DNA of 59,893 nt from an uncultured archaeon. GTDB lineage: Archaea; Asgardarchaeota; Lokiarchaeia; Sigyniarchaeales; SOKP01. How positions within the stretch are numbered: the stretch's first letter is position 1; each line of letters begins with the position of its first letter. Shown here piece by piece: positions 9,596 through 18,811 of the stretch. The notes beneath the pieces were generated by a model. It was not told the DNA's origin. It was given only the letters and a program-made list of their open reading frames with translations, and ran no database searches. The DNA is taken from NCBI GenBank assembly GCA_964493715.1, contig CAZBPC010000013.1:1-59893 (forward strand), given 5' to 3'. Both the position numbers and the translations under genes were made by a program.

Positions 9596-11425
9596 ATGAA
9601 TAATCTAGAATTACAAAGAAAAAGTCTCCCAAATGAACCAGGTGTTTATACGTTTAAAAATAACGAGGGTAAAATCATATATATTGGGAAAGCTAATGAT
9701 CTTAGAAAAAGAGTTTCATCCTATTTCCTTAAAACATCATATAATGATCCTTATTATGAAGAAAAAATTAAAGAATTAGTAAAAGAGATAGATTCAATTG
9801 AATACATTGTAACTGAAAATGAAAAAGAGGCATATATTTTAGAAAATATTAGAATTAAGAATTATCTGCCACGTTATAACGTTTTTATGAGAGATTCTAA
9901 GTCATACCCATGGGTGGCAATATTTTATGGTGAAGATTTTCCAAGAATAAGAGTAGTAAGAAATCCCGAAAATTATTCTCAAAACACAGTGTTCATTGGC
10001 CCGTATACAGATAAAAAGGAAATAATACGAATTCTTCGTGATTTACGTAAAACATTTCCCTATTGTTCATGTAAAAAGAAATTATCTAAAAGTAAAAGAC
10101 CGTGTTTATATTATCAATTGAAATTATGTCCCGGTCCATGTATAAGTAAGATTACTTCTAAGGATTATCTAGAAAACATAATGGAAATAGAATTATTTCT
10201 TAAGGGAGAAAAGAACTTATTAAAAAAACAAATTCAGAAAAAAATGGAAAAAGCTGCAGAATCTAAGAATTTTGAAACAGCTGCATTTTGGAGAGATAAA
10301 TTGCAAGCAATTGAAAACTCAACCACATCTCAAAATGTAATCTTTGAAAATGAAGAAAATAAGGATATCTTGGGATATTATTCAGATGATGAACAAAAAT
10401 ATTTTGCAATGACTGTAATGCACATTAGAGAAGGGCGTATCATAAATAAAAGTTCTTTTACAATAGATTTGAGAGAAAAAGTCATCCAAAAAAGTAAGAT
10501 GTTTTCTTATATCATGGAACAATATTATCTATCCACTAATCCCAATCTTCCAATTACTATTGTTCTTCCACAATTATATGAGGGAATTGAAATATTTAGG
10601 GATGTTTTAATGAAATCCAAGAGGGAATTCCAAATTAGAATAGCTCAAGATGAAGAATTTGGATTAATAAGAATTGCTCGGAAAAATGCCAAAGTTATTG
10701 TCGAACAAGAAATTAAAATGCAAGAAATTAAGTTAGAGGATGGAAACCTCCGAATCGAATTATTGGAACAGCTAAAGGAAATATTGGAACTTCCACGGAT
10801 ACCTCGGATTATTGAAGGCTTTGACATATCAAATATTGAAGGAACGGATGCTACTGGCTCAATGGTTTGCTTTCTAGAAGGAAAACCGGATAAAAAGAAT
10901 TATAGACATTATAACATCAAATCAAAATCCACCCCTGATGATGTTGCTATGATGAGGGAAGTATTAATGAGGAGATACTCGATGATATTAGAGCGGGATT
11001 TAGAATTACCTGACCTAATATTAGTTGACGGGGGAAAAGGACAATTGAATGCAGGTATCGCTGTTTTAAGTGAATTGGGAATTAAAAGTGTTCCAATAAT
11101 AGGATTAGCAAAAAAGTTTGAGGAAATTTTTTTACCAAATAGAAAAGATCCCATTCTATTACCTCTAGAATCACAAGTATTACAACTGTTTCAGCAAATA
11201 CGAGATGAAGCCCATAGATTCGCAGTAAACCTTCATAAAATACAAAGAGAAAAAAATATGAAAAGATCTATTCTTGATGATATAAAAGGCATTGGACCGT
11301 CCACCAGGAATAAATTATTAGTCCATTTCGGAAGCGTGGAAGGAATTAAAGAAGCTTCATTTGATGAGATTGTTAAAATTGTTGGAATTAAAATTGCGGA
11401 TAAAATTAAAAAAGAATTATTATAA
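9596..11425 (+). CDS. uvrC: Excinuclease ABC subunit C
   Basis: GIY-YIG PGVY...IYIGKA, UVR domain, GFDISN, LVDGGKGQ, RDEAHRFA, HhH GIGP. Confidence 0.97.
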   Translation: MNNLELQRKSLPNEPGVYTFKNNEGKIIYIGKANDLRKRVSSYFLKTSYNDPYYEEKIKELVKEIDSIEYIVTENEKEAYILENIRIKNYLPRYNVFMRDSKSYPWVAIFYGEDFPRIRVVRNPENYSQNTVFIGPYTDKKEIIRILRDLRKTFPYCSCKKKLSKSKRPCLYYQLKLCPGPCISKITSKDYLENIMEIELFLKGEKNLLKKQIQKKMEKAAESKNFETAAFWRDKLQAIENSTTSQNVIFENEENKDILGYYSDDEQKYFAMTVMHIREGRIINKSSFTIDLREKVIQKSKMFSYIMEQYYLSTNPNLPITIVLPQLYEGIEIFRDVLMKSKREFQIRIAQDEEFGLIRIARKNAKVIVEQEIKMQEIKLEDGNLRIELLEQLKEILELPRIPRIIEGFDISNIEGTDATGSMVCFLEGKPDKKNYRHYNIKSKSTPDDVAMMREVLMRRYSMILERDLELPDLILVDGGKGQLNAGIAVLSELGIKSVPIIGLAKKFEEIFLPNRKDPILLPLESQVLQLFQQIRDEAHRFAVNLHKIQREKNMKRSILDDIKGIGPSTRNKLLVHFGSVEGIKEASFDEIVKIVGIKIADKIKKELL

Positions 11426-11473
11426 ACTATTAGATTCTAAACTGTTACTTTGTTAATCTTGCATATCAATTAA

Positions 11474-12898
11474 TTAAAATCTAGAAATTACTAATTTTAC
11501 CAGCTCTGCCGTGGTTTGGCAGTAAATCCTTGCTAAAGATGAACTTTTTGATTCACATATAACTCGAATAATTGGTTCAGTGTTAGAGGGATGAATTAGG
11601 ACAAACCACTCTTTAGATTTCCCAAATTTAAGATCATTATTAATTTGAGATACTTCTTCCCCTTCATTACATAATTCCTCATTTATTTGGGAGATTAAGA
11701 TACTAATTTCTATATTTTGAATTTTTATATATTCTCTATAGTTATAATATTTAGGGAGATTCGATACCAATGTAGAGAGCTTCTCTCCCGAAGTAGCTAA
11801 TATCTCAACAATTTTTGCAGCAGCAAATATTCCATCTCGTGTAATATTAAATGATGGAATTATTACACCTCCACATGATCCTTCCCCCCCAAAAATAAAA
11901 CTCTTCTTAGAAATATTTTTTTCTATTAACTTACTCATCTTATCTACTAAAAATAATTCTCCAATTGAAGTTCTTATCACTCTTGCTCCATACTTCTCAG
12001 CAATAGCTTCAAACATTAATGATGATGCAAGATTTGTGACAAATACAATATCTTCAAATTCATTTTCTAAATTTTGAAGATAAAACTCCATGATAAGAGC
12101 TAATCCGATATCTTCAGAATAATAAATTCCTTCTTCTCCTATTATTGCCAATCTATCAGCATCACTATCATGAGCAAATCCAATATCATACTTTCCTTGC
12201 CATACTTCCATTATTAAATCATGCAAGTTATTTGCAATGGGTTCAATTCCTCGAGGAAATACATCATCTAAATACATTTCACCATTAATGAGTTTTACTT
12301 CACAACCTAAATCCTTTAACAATCTAGGAGTAACCATCCCTCCTGCTCCAGCACCTGTGTCTAAAACTACTCGAATTTTCTTTTTTTTGATTTTTTTCAT
12401 ATCAATGTGTTTGTATAAATCTTCTAAATATTCTGGTATAGGATTTAAAAACTCCACTTTCCCACCCGACTCTGTTTTGTGAATTAGACTCAAGTCAGTA
12501 TATTCCATTAATTCTCGAATTTCCTTTAAATCCTCATTATTCAAGTAATTATTTGTTGCAAGAAGTTTTATCCCGTTCCATTCCGGTGGATTATGAGAAC
12601 CAGTTATTATTAATCCCGCGGGGATGTTTAATTTATTTTTAATATAGATCAGCACAGGAGTGGGACAAATACCAACATTAATAATATCATATCCCATCGA
12701 TATTAAACCTTCTATTAATCCTTCCTCTATTTGCAGTCCACTTGGTCTTGTATCTTTTCCAATTATAACTTTTTTAATTTCTCCTTTTAACCATGATCCA
12801 AAAGCGATAGCAATTTTTTTTGCTATCGTAGTATTTAAATTTCTTCCTGCAATACCTCGTATTCCACTAAATGTAAAAATCAAATTTTTCTCTGGCAT
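11474..12898 (-). CDS. Phosphohexomutase (PGM/PMM/GlmM family)
   Basis: SGIRG, TGSHNP phosphoserine motif, DSDADR metal loop, GEGS, SNTEP. Confidence 0.93.
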   Translation of the reverse strand: MPEKNLIFTFSGIRGIAGRNLNTTIAKKIAIAFGSWLKGEIKKVIIGKDTRPSGLQIEEGLIEGLISMGYDIINVGICPTPVLIYIKNKLNIPAGLIITGSHNPPEWNGIKLLATNNYLNNEDLKEIRELMEYTDLSLIHKTESGGKVEFLNPIPEYLEDLYKHIDMKKIKKKKIRVVLDTGAGAGGMVTPRLLKDLGCEVKLINGEMYLDDVFPRGIEPIANNLHDLIMEVWQGKYDIGFAHDSDADRLAIIGEEGIYYSEDIGLALIMEFYLQNLENEFEDIVFVTNLASSLMFEAIAEKYGARVIRTSIGELFLVDKMSKLIEKNISKKSFIFGGEGSCGGVIIPSFNITRDGIFAAAKIVEILATSGEKLSTLVSNLPKYYNYREYIKIQNIEISILISQINEELCNEGEEVSQINNDLKFGKSKEWFVLIHPSNTEPIIRVICESKSSSLARIYCQTTAELVKLVISRF

Positions 12899-12913
12899 AA
12901 TGATGTGTGTTGT

Positions 12914-13906
12914 TTAGGATACTACTGTATTTCCTTCTAGCTTATATTTAACTAAGGTTAATGCTCCTCTTACGCCAATTTCAGCTATATATTTTGTAAC
13001 TTTTAGTTTAGGTGGATGATTTATGGTAAAAGGAAGAGGATCGTTTTCAAATTGTTGAATTAAGGGGGGTAATATTAAATCTTGATCATTCATCATCGCT
13101 CCACCAAAATATATTGAAGAGCAATCATAGTAGTTATTAACCAACCCTATTCCTATTTTTGAATAAAAGATACACTGCTCTATAATGCTTTTTGAGAATT
13201 TATCTCCACCTCGAGCCGCCTGAAAAAGTTTCTTTGCTGTGATATTGGATTTTTCATTGTCAATCATAAACATCAATATTTTGGATGATAAACTAGTATC
13301 CTCTATTAAGTCTAATGCTCTATTCTTTACACCTGTTCCTGAACTATATACTTCCCAACATCCATGTGCTCCACAATTACATTGAAATCTGCTCCTAGGA
13401 TCAACAATACCATGACCGATTTCAACAGCATTTCCATCCTTGCCAAGTAGTAAGCGTCCATTACAGATAACTCCACCTCCTATTCCCGTTGATAATGTTA
13501 TATAAACCAAGTTATCTTTTTCATCTTCAGATGCTTCGAAAAAATGAACTCCTAATACTGAAGCGTTACAATCATTAATAAGGAATATTGGGATACCCGG
13601 AAATCGCTCTGAAAGGGGTGCTTTTAAAGGTATTTCCTTAAATCCTAAGTTAGCATTATTAAAAACTTGCCCTTTTACTTGATCAATAGGACCTGCAGTT
13701 GCTAATCCTATTCCCACGATTTGATCAGTATCAATACTGTTTTCTACCATTAATTCAGTAATGAGTAATATAATTGAATTAATTATAGAAAATTCATTCT
13801 GCTTTGGAGTTGGGATTGTCTTGATCTTGATGTTATCTAAATTTCTCGAAGCAATTGCAACACGTATTAAACTCCCTCCAACATCTACTCCAATTATCAC
13901 TTCCAA
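12914..13906 (-). CDS. ROK family sugar kinase (glucokinase-like)
   Basis: GVDVGGS, NDCNA, STGIGGG, EIGH, CNCGAHGCWE; GGTGA SD upstream of TTG. Confidence 0.92.
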   Translation of the reverse strand: MEVIIGVDVGGSLIRVAIASRNLDNIKIKTIPTPKQNEFSIINSIILLITELMVENSIDTDQIVGIGLATAGPIDQVKGQVFNNANLGFKEIPLKAPLSERFPGIPIFLINDCNASVLGVHFFEASEDEKDNLVYITLSTGIGGGVICNGRLLLGKDGNAVEIGHGIVDPRSRFQCNCGAHGCWEVYSSGTGVKNRALDLIEDTSLSSKILMFMIDNEKSNITAKKLFQAARGGDKFSKSIIEQCIFYSKIGIGLVNNYYDCSSIYFGGAMMNDQDLILPPLIQQFENDPLPFTINHPPKLKVTKYIAEIGVRGALTLVKYKLEGNTVVS

Positions 13907-13953
13907 TATTTCATCACCATTTAATATTTAATTCAATACATAATATATTTCAT

Positions 13954-14745
13954 TCAAAAAAAAAATATCTCAATACTTTTATTATCAATGATCTGATTAA
14001 AAACATTCTTAATCTGATTCTTTTGATTTTCATCAATCGAGTAAACAAAATATTCTGCCGGGACTCTAGCAAGAGAATATATTTGTATTTCATTAGGGAC
14101 TATCTTTTTCATTGCTAATGCTAATTTTTCAATATTGTTTTCATTAAAATTTGGAATATAATCTTTATGATGCGAATTTAACATTAAACATTGAAGTACT
14201 AATTTATTGGAAATCATCTTACTCCGTAATTGAATGAGAGATTCAATAATTTTACTATTATCTGGACATAATGAATGTGGACGATTCGTTCTCAAATAAT
14301 CAGCTTGGGTCGCGACATCTAATTTTGCCAAAACGACTTCAAAATTTTTAACCCTATCTTGTATATCTTCAAAATATAACGTGCTAGAGTTCGTAAAAAG
14401 TGTAAGATGAGGCGGTTTTTTTGTCCACTTTAAGTCATCTCTTACTTTTAATGCAATCTCATAAAATTCCATTAGATTCTCATTTAGAGTAGGTTCCCCA
14501 TTATATCCAAAGGTAATCGAGTCTAAATGGGGGAAATATTTTAATATACCTCTTAATTCTTTCTCAAATTTAGAAGATGGGGGTGAATTTATGCGAAAAT
14601 TGGGTGGTACTAAGTTTGTTGTATTACCAATTTCACAATACACACAATCGAATGTACATGTTTTTATTTTAGGTAAAACATCAACCCCCAAAGACAAACC
14701 TAAACGCCTTGAAGGAAAAGGTCCATACGTATATTCTCGTGGCAT
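13954..14745 (-). CDS. Radical SAM protein; true start at ATG 14745
   Basis: [24 protein letters not shown] (CxxxCxxC), GEPTL, TNSS, KLD. Confidence 0.9.
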   Translation of the reverse strand: MPREYTYGPFPSRRLGLSLGVDVLPKIKTCTFDCVYCEIGNTTNLVPPNFRINSPPSSKFEKELRGILKYFPHLDSITFGYNGEPTLNENLMEFYEIALKVRDDLKWTKKPPHLTLFTNSSTLYFEDIQDRVKNFEVVLAKLDVATQADYLRTNRPHSLCPDNSKIIESLIQLRSKMISNKLVLQCLMLNSHHKDYIPNFNENNIEKLALAMKKIVPNEIQIYSLARVPAEYFVYSIDENQKNQIKNVFNQIIDNKSIEIFFF

Positions 14746-14752
14746 GATCTTA

Positions 14753-14821
14753 TTAAAAACATTTTTGAATGAATTCTTGAATGGTTTTATTAAATTCCTT
14801 GGATTTTTCAAACCAGAAAAA
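14753..14821 (-). pseudogene. Remnant C-terminus of a second alpha/beta hydrolase
   Basis: Translates [22 protein letters not shown], similar to the tail MVMLEKYEKVNESIIDFTKRLN of 14970..15731 and in the same position relative to a radical SAM start. Confidence 0.5.
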
Positions 14822-14960
14822 TCACAAGGTATATTGGGGGTCCAATTTCACAATAAACACAATTATATGTACAATGTTTCTCTCTTAATAACAAATCGAC
14901 TCCTAATGATAAACCGAGTCTTCTCGACTGAAATGGTCCATATGTATACAATCTTGGCAT
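14808..14960 (-). pseudogene. Truncated paralogous N-terminus of the radical SAM gene (50 aa)
   Basis: [41 protein letters not shown], then 9 unrelated codons and TGA. Confidence 0.85.
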
Positions 14961-14969
14961 AATATATTG

Positions 14970-15731
14970 CTAATTTAATCGTTTAGTAAAATCAATTATA
15001 GACTCATTAACTTTTTCATACTTTTCTAGCATTACCATATGCCCCGCTTCTTCAATTAAAATCATTTCAGATTTTGCAATATTATTATGAAAATATTGTG
15101 AATATTTTATTGGAGTCAACTTGTCCTCGGTACCACTGATAATTAAGCATGGTGCTTTAATTAGCTTGATTTTTTCGAATAGGTTAAATTCATTACAAAT
15201 TTTAAAATCATAATATGTAACTTCTGCACCAACTAATGATGATTGATTTTTGTATCTATCTATTATTTCTTTTGAAGTATTTTTGTAAAAAGCAACGTTA
15301 TTGAGATAATTTAGGTAATCTTCATAATCCTTTTTAAGAAATTCTAATATTACAGGGCTTACCCTGAGTTTTGCTCCGGTACTTATCAGGATTAAAGCAG
15401 TTATATCTTCTGGATATAAAAAATAATAAGTTTGAATTACGGTACCGCCCAAAGAATGGCCACATAAGACAATCTTTTCATATTTTAATGATTTAATAAG
15501 GCGTCTTAATACATCGACATATAAGTTTAAAGAAAGATTTTTAAATTTATCCGATTTGCCATGTGAAGGTAAATCTAAGGCAATAATAGAATAATTATTG
15601 TCAATATCAAATTGAAATCTCCATGTGGTAGAATCACCGCCAGAACCATGGAGGAAAATTAAGAAGTTTTTAGATTTAGCTTCTTTAATTTTATAATATA
15701 GTCTCTTGCCATTGTAATTGAAAAAAGCCAT
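14970..15731 (-). CDS. Alpha/beta fold hydrolase
   Basis: FLHGSGG, DLPSHG, GHSLGG nucleophile elbow, D in GTEDKL, H in AGH. Confidence 0.92.
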   Translation of the reverse strand: MAFFNYNGKRLYYKIKEAKSKNFLIFLHGSGGDSTTWRFQFDIDNNYSIIALDLPSHGKSDKFKNLSLNLYVDVLRRLIKSLKYEKIVLCGHSLGGTVIQTYYFLYPEDITALILISTGAKLRVSPVILEFLKKDYEDYLNYLNNVAFYKNTSKEIIDRYKNQSSLVGAEVTYYDFKICNEFNLFEKIKLIKAPCLIISGTEDKLTPIKYSQYFHNNIAKSEMILIEEAGHMVMLEKYEKVNESIIDFTKRLN

Positions 15732-16027
15732 ACTATTTTACCTTAAAATCAATCTATTATTAGAAAAGTAATATAAAATAAAGATTTTTTTTAAACTAAT
15801 TAAAATCATAAGACAATAATAATTATATATAGAAATTTAATTGTCTTGCATCTGTAGTAGTCTTTTAAAAAATCCTTCTGTGTTAGCTAAAACTCATTCT
15901 AATACAATCTTTACCTAGTTTATCTGAATCATATTAAATTAACGAGCAACAATACAATTTATGGAAAAAATTGCTCCATTTAAAAAATTTATTTTAGAAT
16001 TTTGAAAAATAAAACATTAAAAAAACA

Positions 16028-18811
16028 TTAGGATTCAATATTCTCAAGTGCGATGTCCTTGTATTGCATATCAAGGAGATGCTTGTATACACCATTATCC
16101 TTTTTGATCAATTGTTCATGTGTACCCTGCTCAACGATACCTTTTTGATCTTGATCAAGAACCACGATCCAGTCAGCATTTTTGATTGTAGACAAACGAT
16201 GTGCAATTATTATTGTAGTTCGTCCCTCTCTTGCCCGATCAAGGGCATCTTGAATCAATGACTCTGTATAGGGATCCACAGAGGATGTTGCTTCATCAAG
16301 AATTAATATCTTTGGATTTTGGATTAAGGCCCGGGCAAATGCAATAAGTTGACGTTGCCCTATTGAAATATTTGATGCGTTCTCTTTAAGTTTAGTATCG
16401 TATTTTTTGGGAAGAGTATTAATAAAATTGTGAAGACCTAAGAATTTTGACACTTCAATCATCTTCTCTTCCATCTCTTCTTTCTTCTCGATACTTGGAA
16501 ATTCCTCATCATATCCATAGAGTAGGTTCTCTCGGATAGTACCTGAGAACAAGAAAGAATCTTGAGGTACAAGACCGATCAAATTTCTAAGATTTTTCTT
16601 ATCCAAATCTTTTACATCCATACCATCGATCAAAACCTTTCCATCAGTTACATCATAGAATCGGCAAGTTAGCTTGATAAATGTGGTTTTACCGGCACCG
16701 GTCCTCCCAACAATAGCAATAGTTTTGCCCTCATCGATTTTCAGATCTACATGTTTTAAAACATATCCTAATGATGCCTCATGTTCTATTAGAGTCCGTT
16801 GTTCTTCGATAGCTTTCTTCACAATCTCGGGGAAATCTTTAGTAATTTCATTAGGTAAAGGTATTATAGCCAGCATTCGAAGAAGCTGTGTAGAATTCAT
16901 TCTCCCACTCATTCCTCCACCGCCTCCCATCATCCCACCTGTTCCACTACCCATTCCTCCTTCACTACCACCACCCCTTGGCATAGTTGACTGACCTTTG
17001 AGGGTCATTTCTAATCCCCGAATCATTCGCTTAATTGCATCGGGATTATTTAAAATACCTTGAAAGAATGGAGGTATATCTTGTATTGGAGATTTCTGAT
17101 TATCGTTAGATGTTTTTACTGAATTTTCAGTAACTTCTTGCCTTTTTACGTCTGATTTTCCTTCCATCATCATTGTCATCATAGAAGATTTAGGTATCTC
17201 TAGAAACGTTGTTTTTAAATTGGGATTATCTTTTGACTTTTGGGTTTCAGGAATTGCATACCCATGTTTAGTAAAGATTGCGTCAATCTTGTTAGGTAAG
17301 TTCTCGGGAGATGCTCCCATCAAGTCCATCATCATTTCTTGTCTAATTGGTTGAGGAACCTGCATTATATTCTTTTGGAAGAATGTCTTATAAGGTTCAG
17401 GAAGCTTTGAAAAGAATTGTTGTACCCGTTGCATCACCTGCATAGGATTGAAGTTAGCATCCCTTTTAAACGGCAGTTGAGTATCTATTTCCTTAGATTC
17501 AACCGATTGGAGAATTATTTTAGGCTTTTTTTGCGAGTTTTTAGTAGAAGTTTCTAGATCTTGCGTTCCGTTGAATTTATAGCCAAAGCTGACATCTTGG
17601 AATTCCATAAATCCCTTTGGATTTTGAATTGTCATGGGATGTTCCAGATCGGGAAGATCGACTTCCTCATCTAAGATCGCATAGATTCGATCTGCCGATG
17701 CCATTGCGCTTTCAATAACTTGTTGGATTTGAGTGAGAGTCATAAAAGGTTGGAAAAAACTTGACATATATTGAATGAATGCGGCGAGTGTTCCTACAGT
17801 GATCAATATTCCAAAAGGTGCAAAATGGATGATACTCACATACCCTCCGATTACGAGGATACTCGCAGTCATGATCGATGACAAGAAAGTTATGAGTGGG
17901 AAAAAAGTAGCAAAAATTCGTCGTGCTCTAAATGAGGCTTCAGCATTCTCCATATTAGCTTGATCAAACTCATTCATTGCTTTCTTTTCTTGGCCAAATG
18001 CTTGTACTGTTTTTGCCCCAGCAATATTTTCTTGAATTGAAGAAGTTACCTCACTAATCTTCTTCCGAGTTTCCTTAAAAGCCCCAATTACTCGATTTTT
18101 AAACCATCTGGACATTAGAAAAAAGACAGGGAAAACTATTAACCCAAATAATGCAAGGAAAGGACTCAATACAAACATAAAAGTAATACTTAATCCAAGA
18201 CTAATAATGCTCGTGATGATCTGGACAAGTTGCCCTCCTACCAATAAATTCATCTGGTCAATATCATTAGTAGCTCTAGAGATTACATCACCTGAAGGAT
18301 GTCTATCGAAATAAGACATACTCATTTTCTGAAGTTGCTCGAAAACATCGTTTCGCATCGAAAAAACAACATTTTGACCAATTTTTCCCAAACCGTAGGA
18401 GCCAATATAATTTCCTGAGGCCATAATTGCCAAAAGTGACATATAAAGGATAGAAATAATGAGAATTGCTTGAGTATTTCTCGCAATAATTCCAACATCA
18501 ATTATACTTCTTGTTAATAATGGTGTAATAACGTTTATGACAGAACCTGCAGCAATTAAAATAGCATAGAAAATAAGCAATTTCTTATGCCTAAAAAGAT
18601 AAGAAAAAATCCATCGCCATAAAATGCCCCGTGGATGTTCTAATTTAGCTTTTCCTTCCATAAACGCCATTGGACCACGATGACGACCAACTTGGGGGCC
18701 AATTGGCCTTAATTCCCTTTCTTTTTCTATTTCTTCGAGACGTTTTGCCTTATCCGGATTTGCTTCTTCTTCGGATACATTTAAATCTTCTTGAATTACA
18801 TTTTTCTTCAT
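16028..18811 (-). CDS. ABC exporter subunit (TMD+NBD) with a large insertion in the NBD
   Basis: 6-TM ABC membrane domain, Walker A GRTGAGKT, VPQD, degenerate signature ISIGQ, ILDEATSSVD, AHR. Confidence 0.93.
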   Translation of the reverse strand: MKKNVIQEDLNVSEEEANPDKAKRLEEIEKERELRPIGPQVGRHRGPMAFMEGKAKLEHPRGILWRWIFSYLFRHKKLLIFYAILIAAGSVINVITPLLTRSIIDVGIIARNTQAILIISILYMSLLAIMASGNYIGSYGLGKIGQNVVFSMRNDVFEQLQKMSMSYFDRHPSGDVISRATNDIDQMNLLVGGQLVQIITSIISLGLSITFMFVLSPFLALFGLIVFPVFFLMSRWFKNRVIGAFKETRKKISEVTSSIQENIAGAKTVQAFGQEKKAMNEFDQANMENAEASFRARRIFATFFPLITFLSSIMTASILVIGGYVSIIHFAPFGILITVGTLAAFIQYMSSFFQPFMTLTQIQQVIESAMASADRIYAILDEEVDLPDLEHPMTIQNPKGFMEFQDVSFGYKFNGTQDLETSTKNSQKKPKIILQSVESKEIDTQLPFKRDANFNPMQVMQRVQQFFSKLPEPYKTFFQKNIMQVPQPIRQEMMMDLMGASPENLPNKIDAIFTKHGYAIPETQKSKDNPNLKTTFLEIPKSSMMTMMMEGKSDVKRQEVTENSVKTSNDNQKSPIQDIPPFFQGILNNPDAIKRMIRGLEMTLKGQSTMPRGGGSEGGMGSGTGGMMGGGGGMSGRMNSTQLLRMLAIIPLPNEITKDFPEIVKKAIEEQRTLIEHEASLGYVLKHVDLKIDEGKTIAIVGRTGAGKTTFIKLTCRFYDVTDGKVLIDGMDVKDLDKKNLRNLIGLVPQDSFLFSGTIRENLLYGYDEEFPSIEKKEEMEEKMIEVSKFLGLHNFINTLPKKYDTKLKENASNISIGQRQLIAFARALIQNPKILILDEATSSVDPYTESLIQDALDRAREGRTTIIIAHRLSTIKNADWIVVLDQDQKGIVEQGTHEQLIKKDNGVYKHLLDMQYKDIALENIES

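Noticed and set aside
14746-14811. 22-aa N-terminal extension of the radical SAM ORF from TTG 14811
   Set aside because: The paralogous copy starts at MPR, showing ATG 14745 is the start; the extension overlaps the hydrolase remnant
14591-14962. 123-aa + strand ORF with an internal repeat
   Set aside because: Antisense shadow of the duplicated radical-SAM N-termini on the - strand
16763-17578. Intein as the explanation for the ABC NBD insertion
   Set aside because: No N-terminal Cys/Ser, no C-terminal His-Asn followed by Cys/Ser/Thr, and no LAGLIDADG blocks
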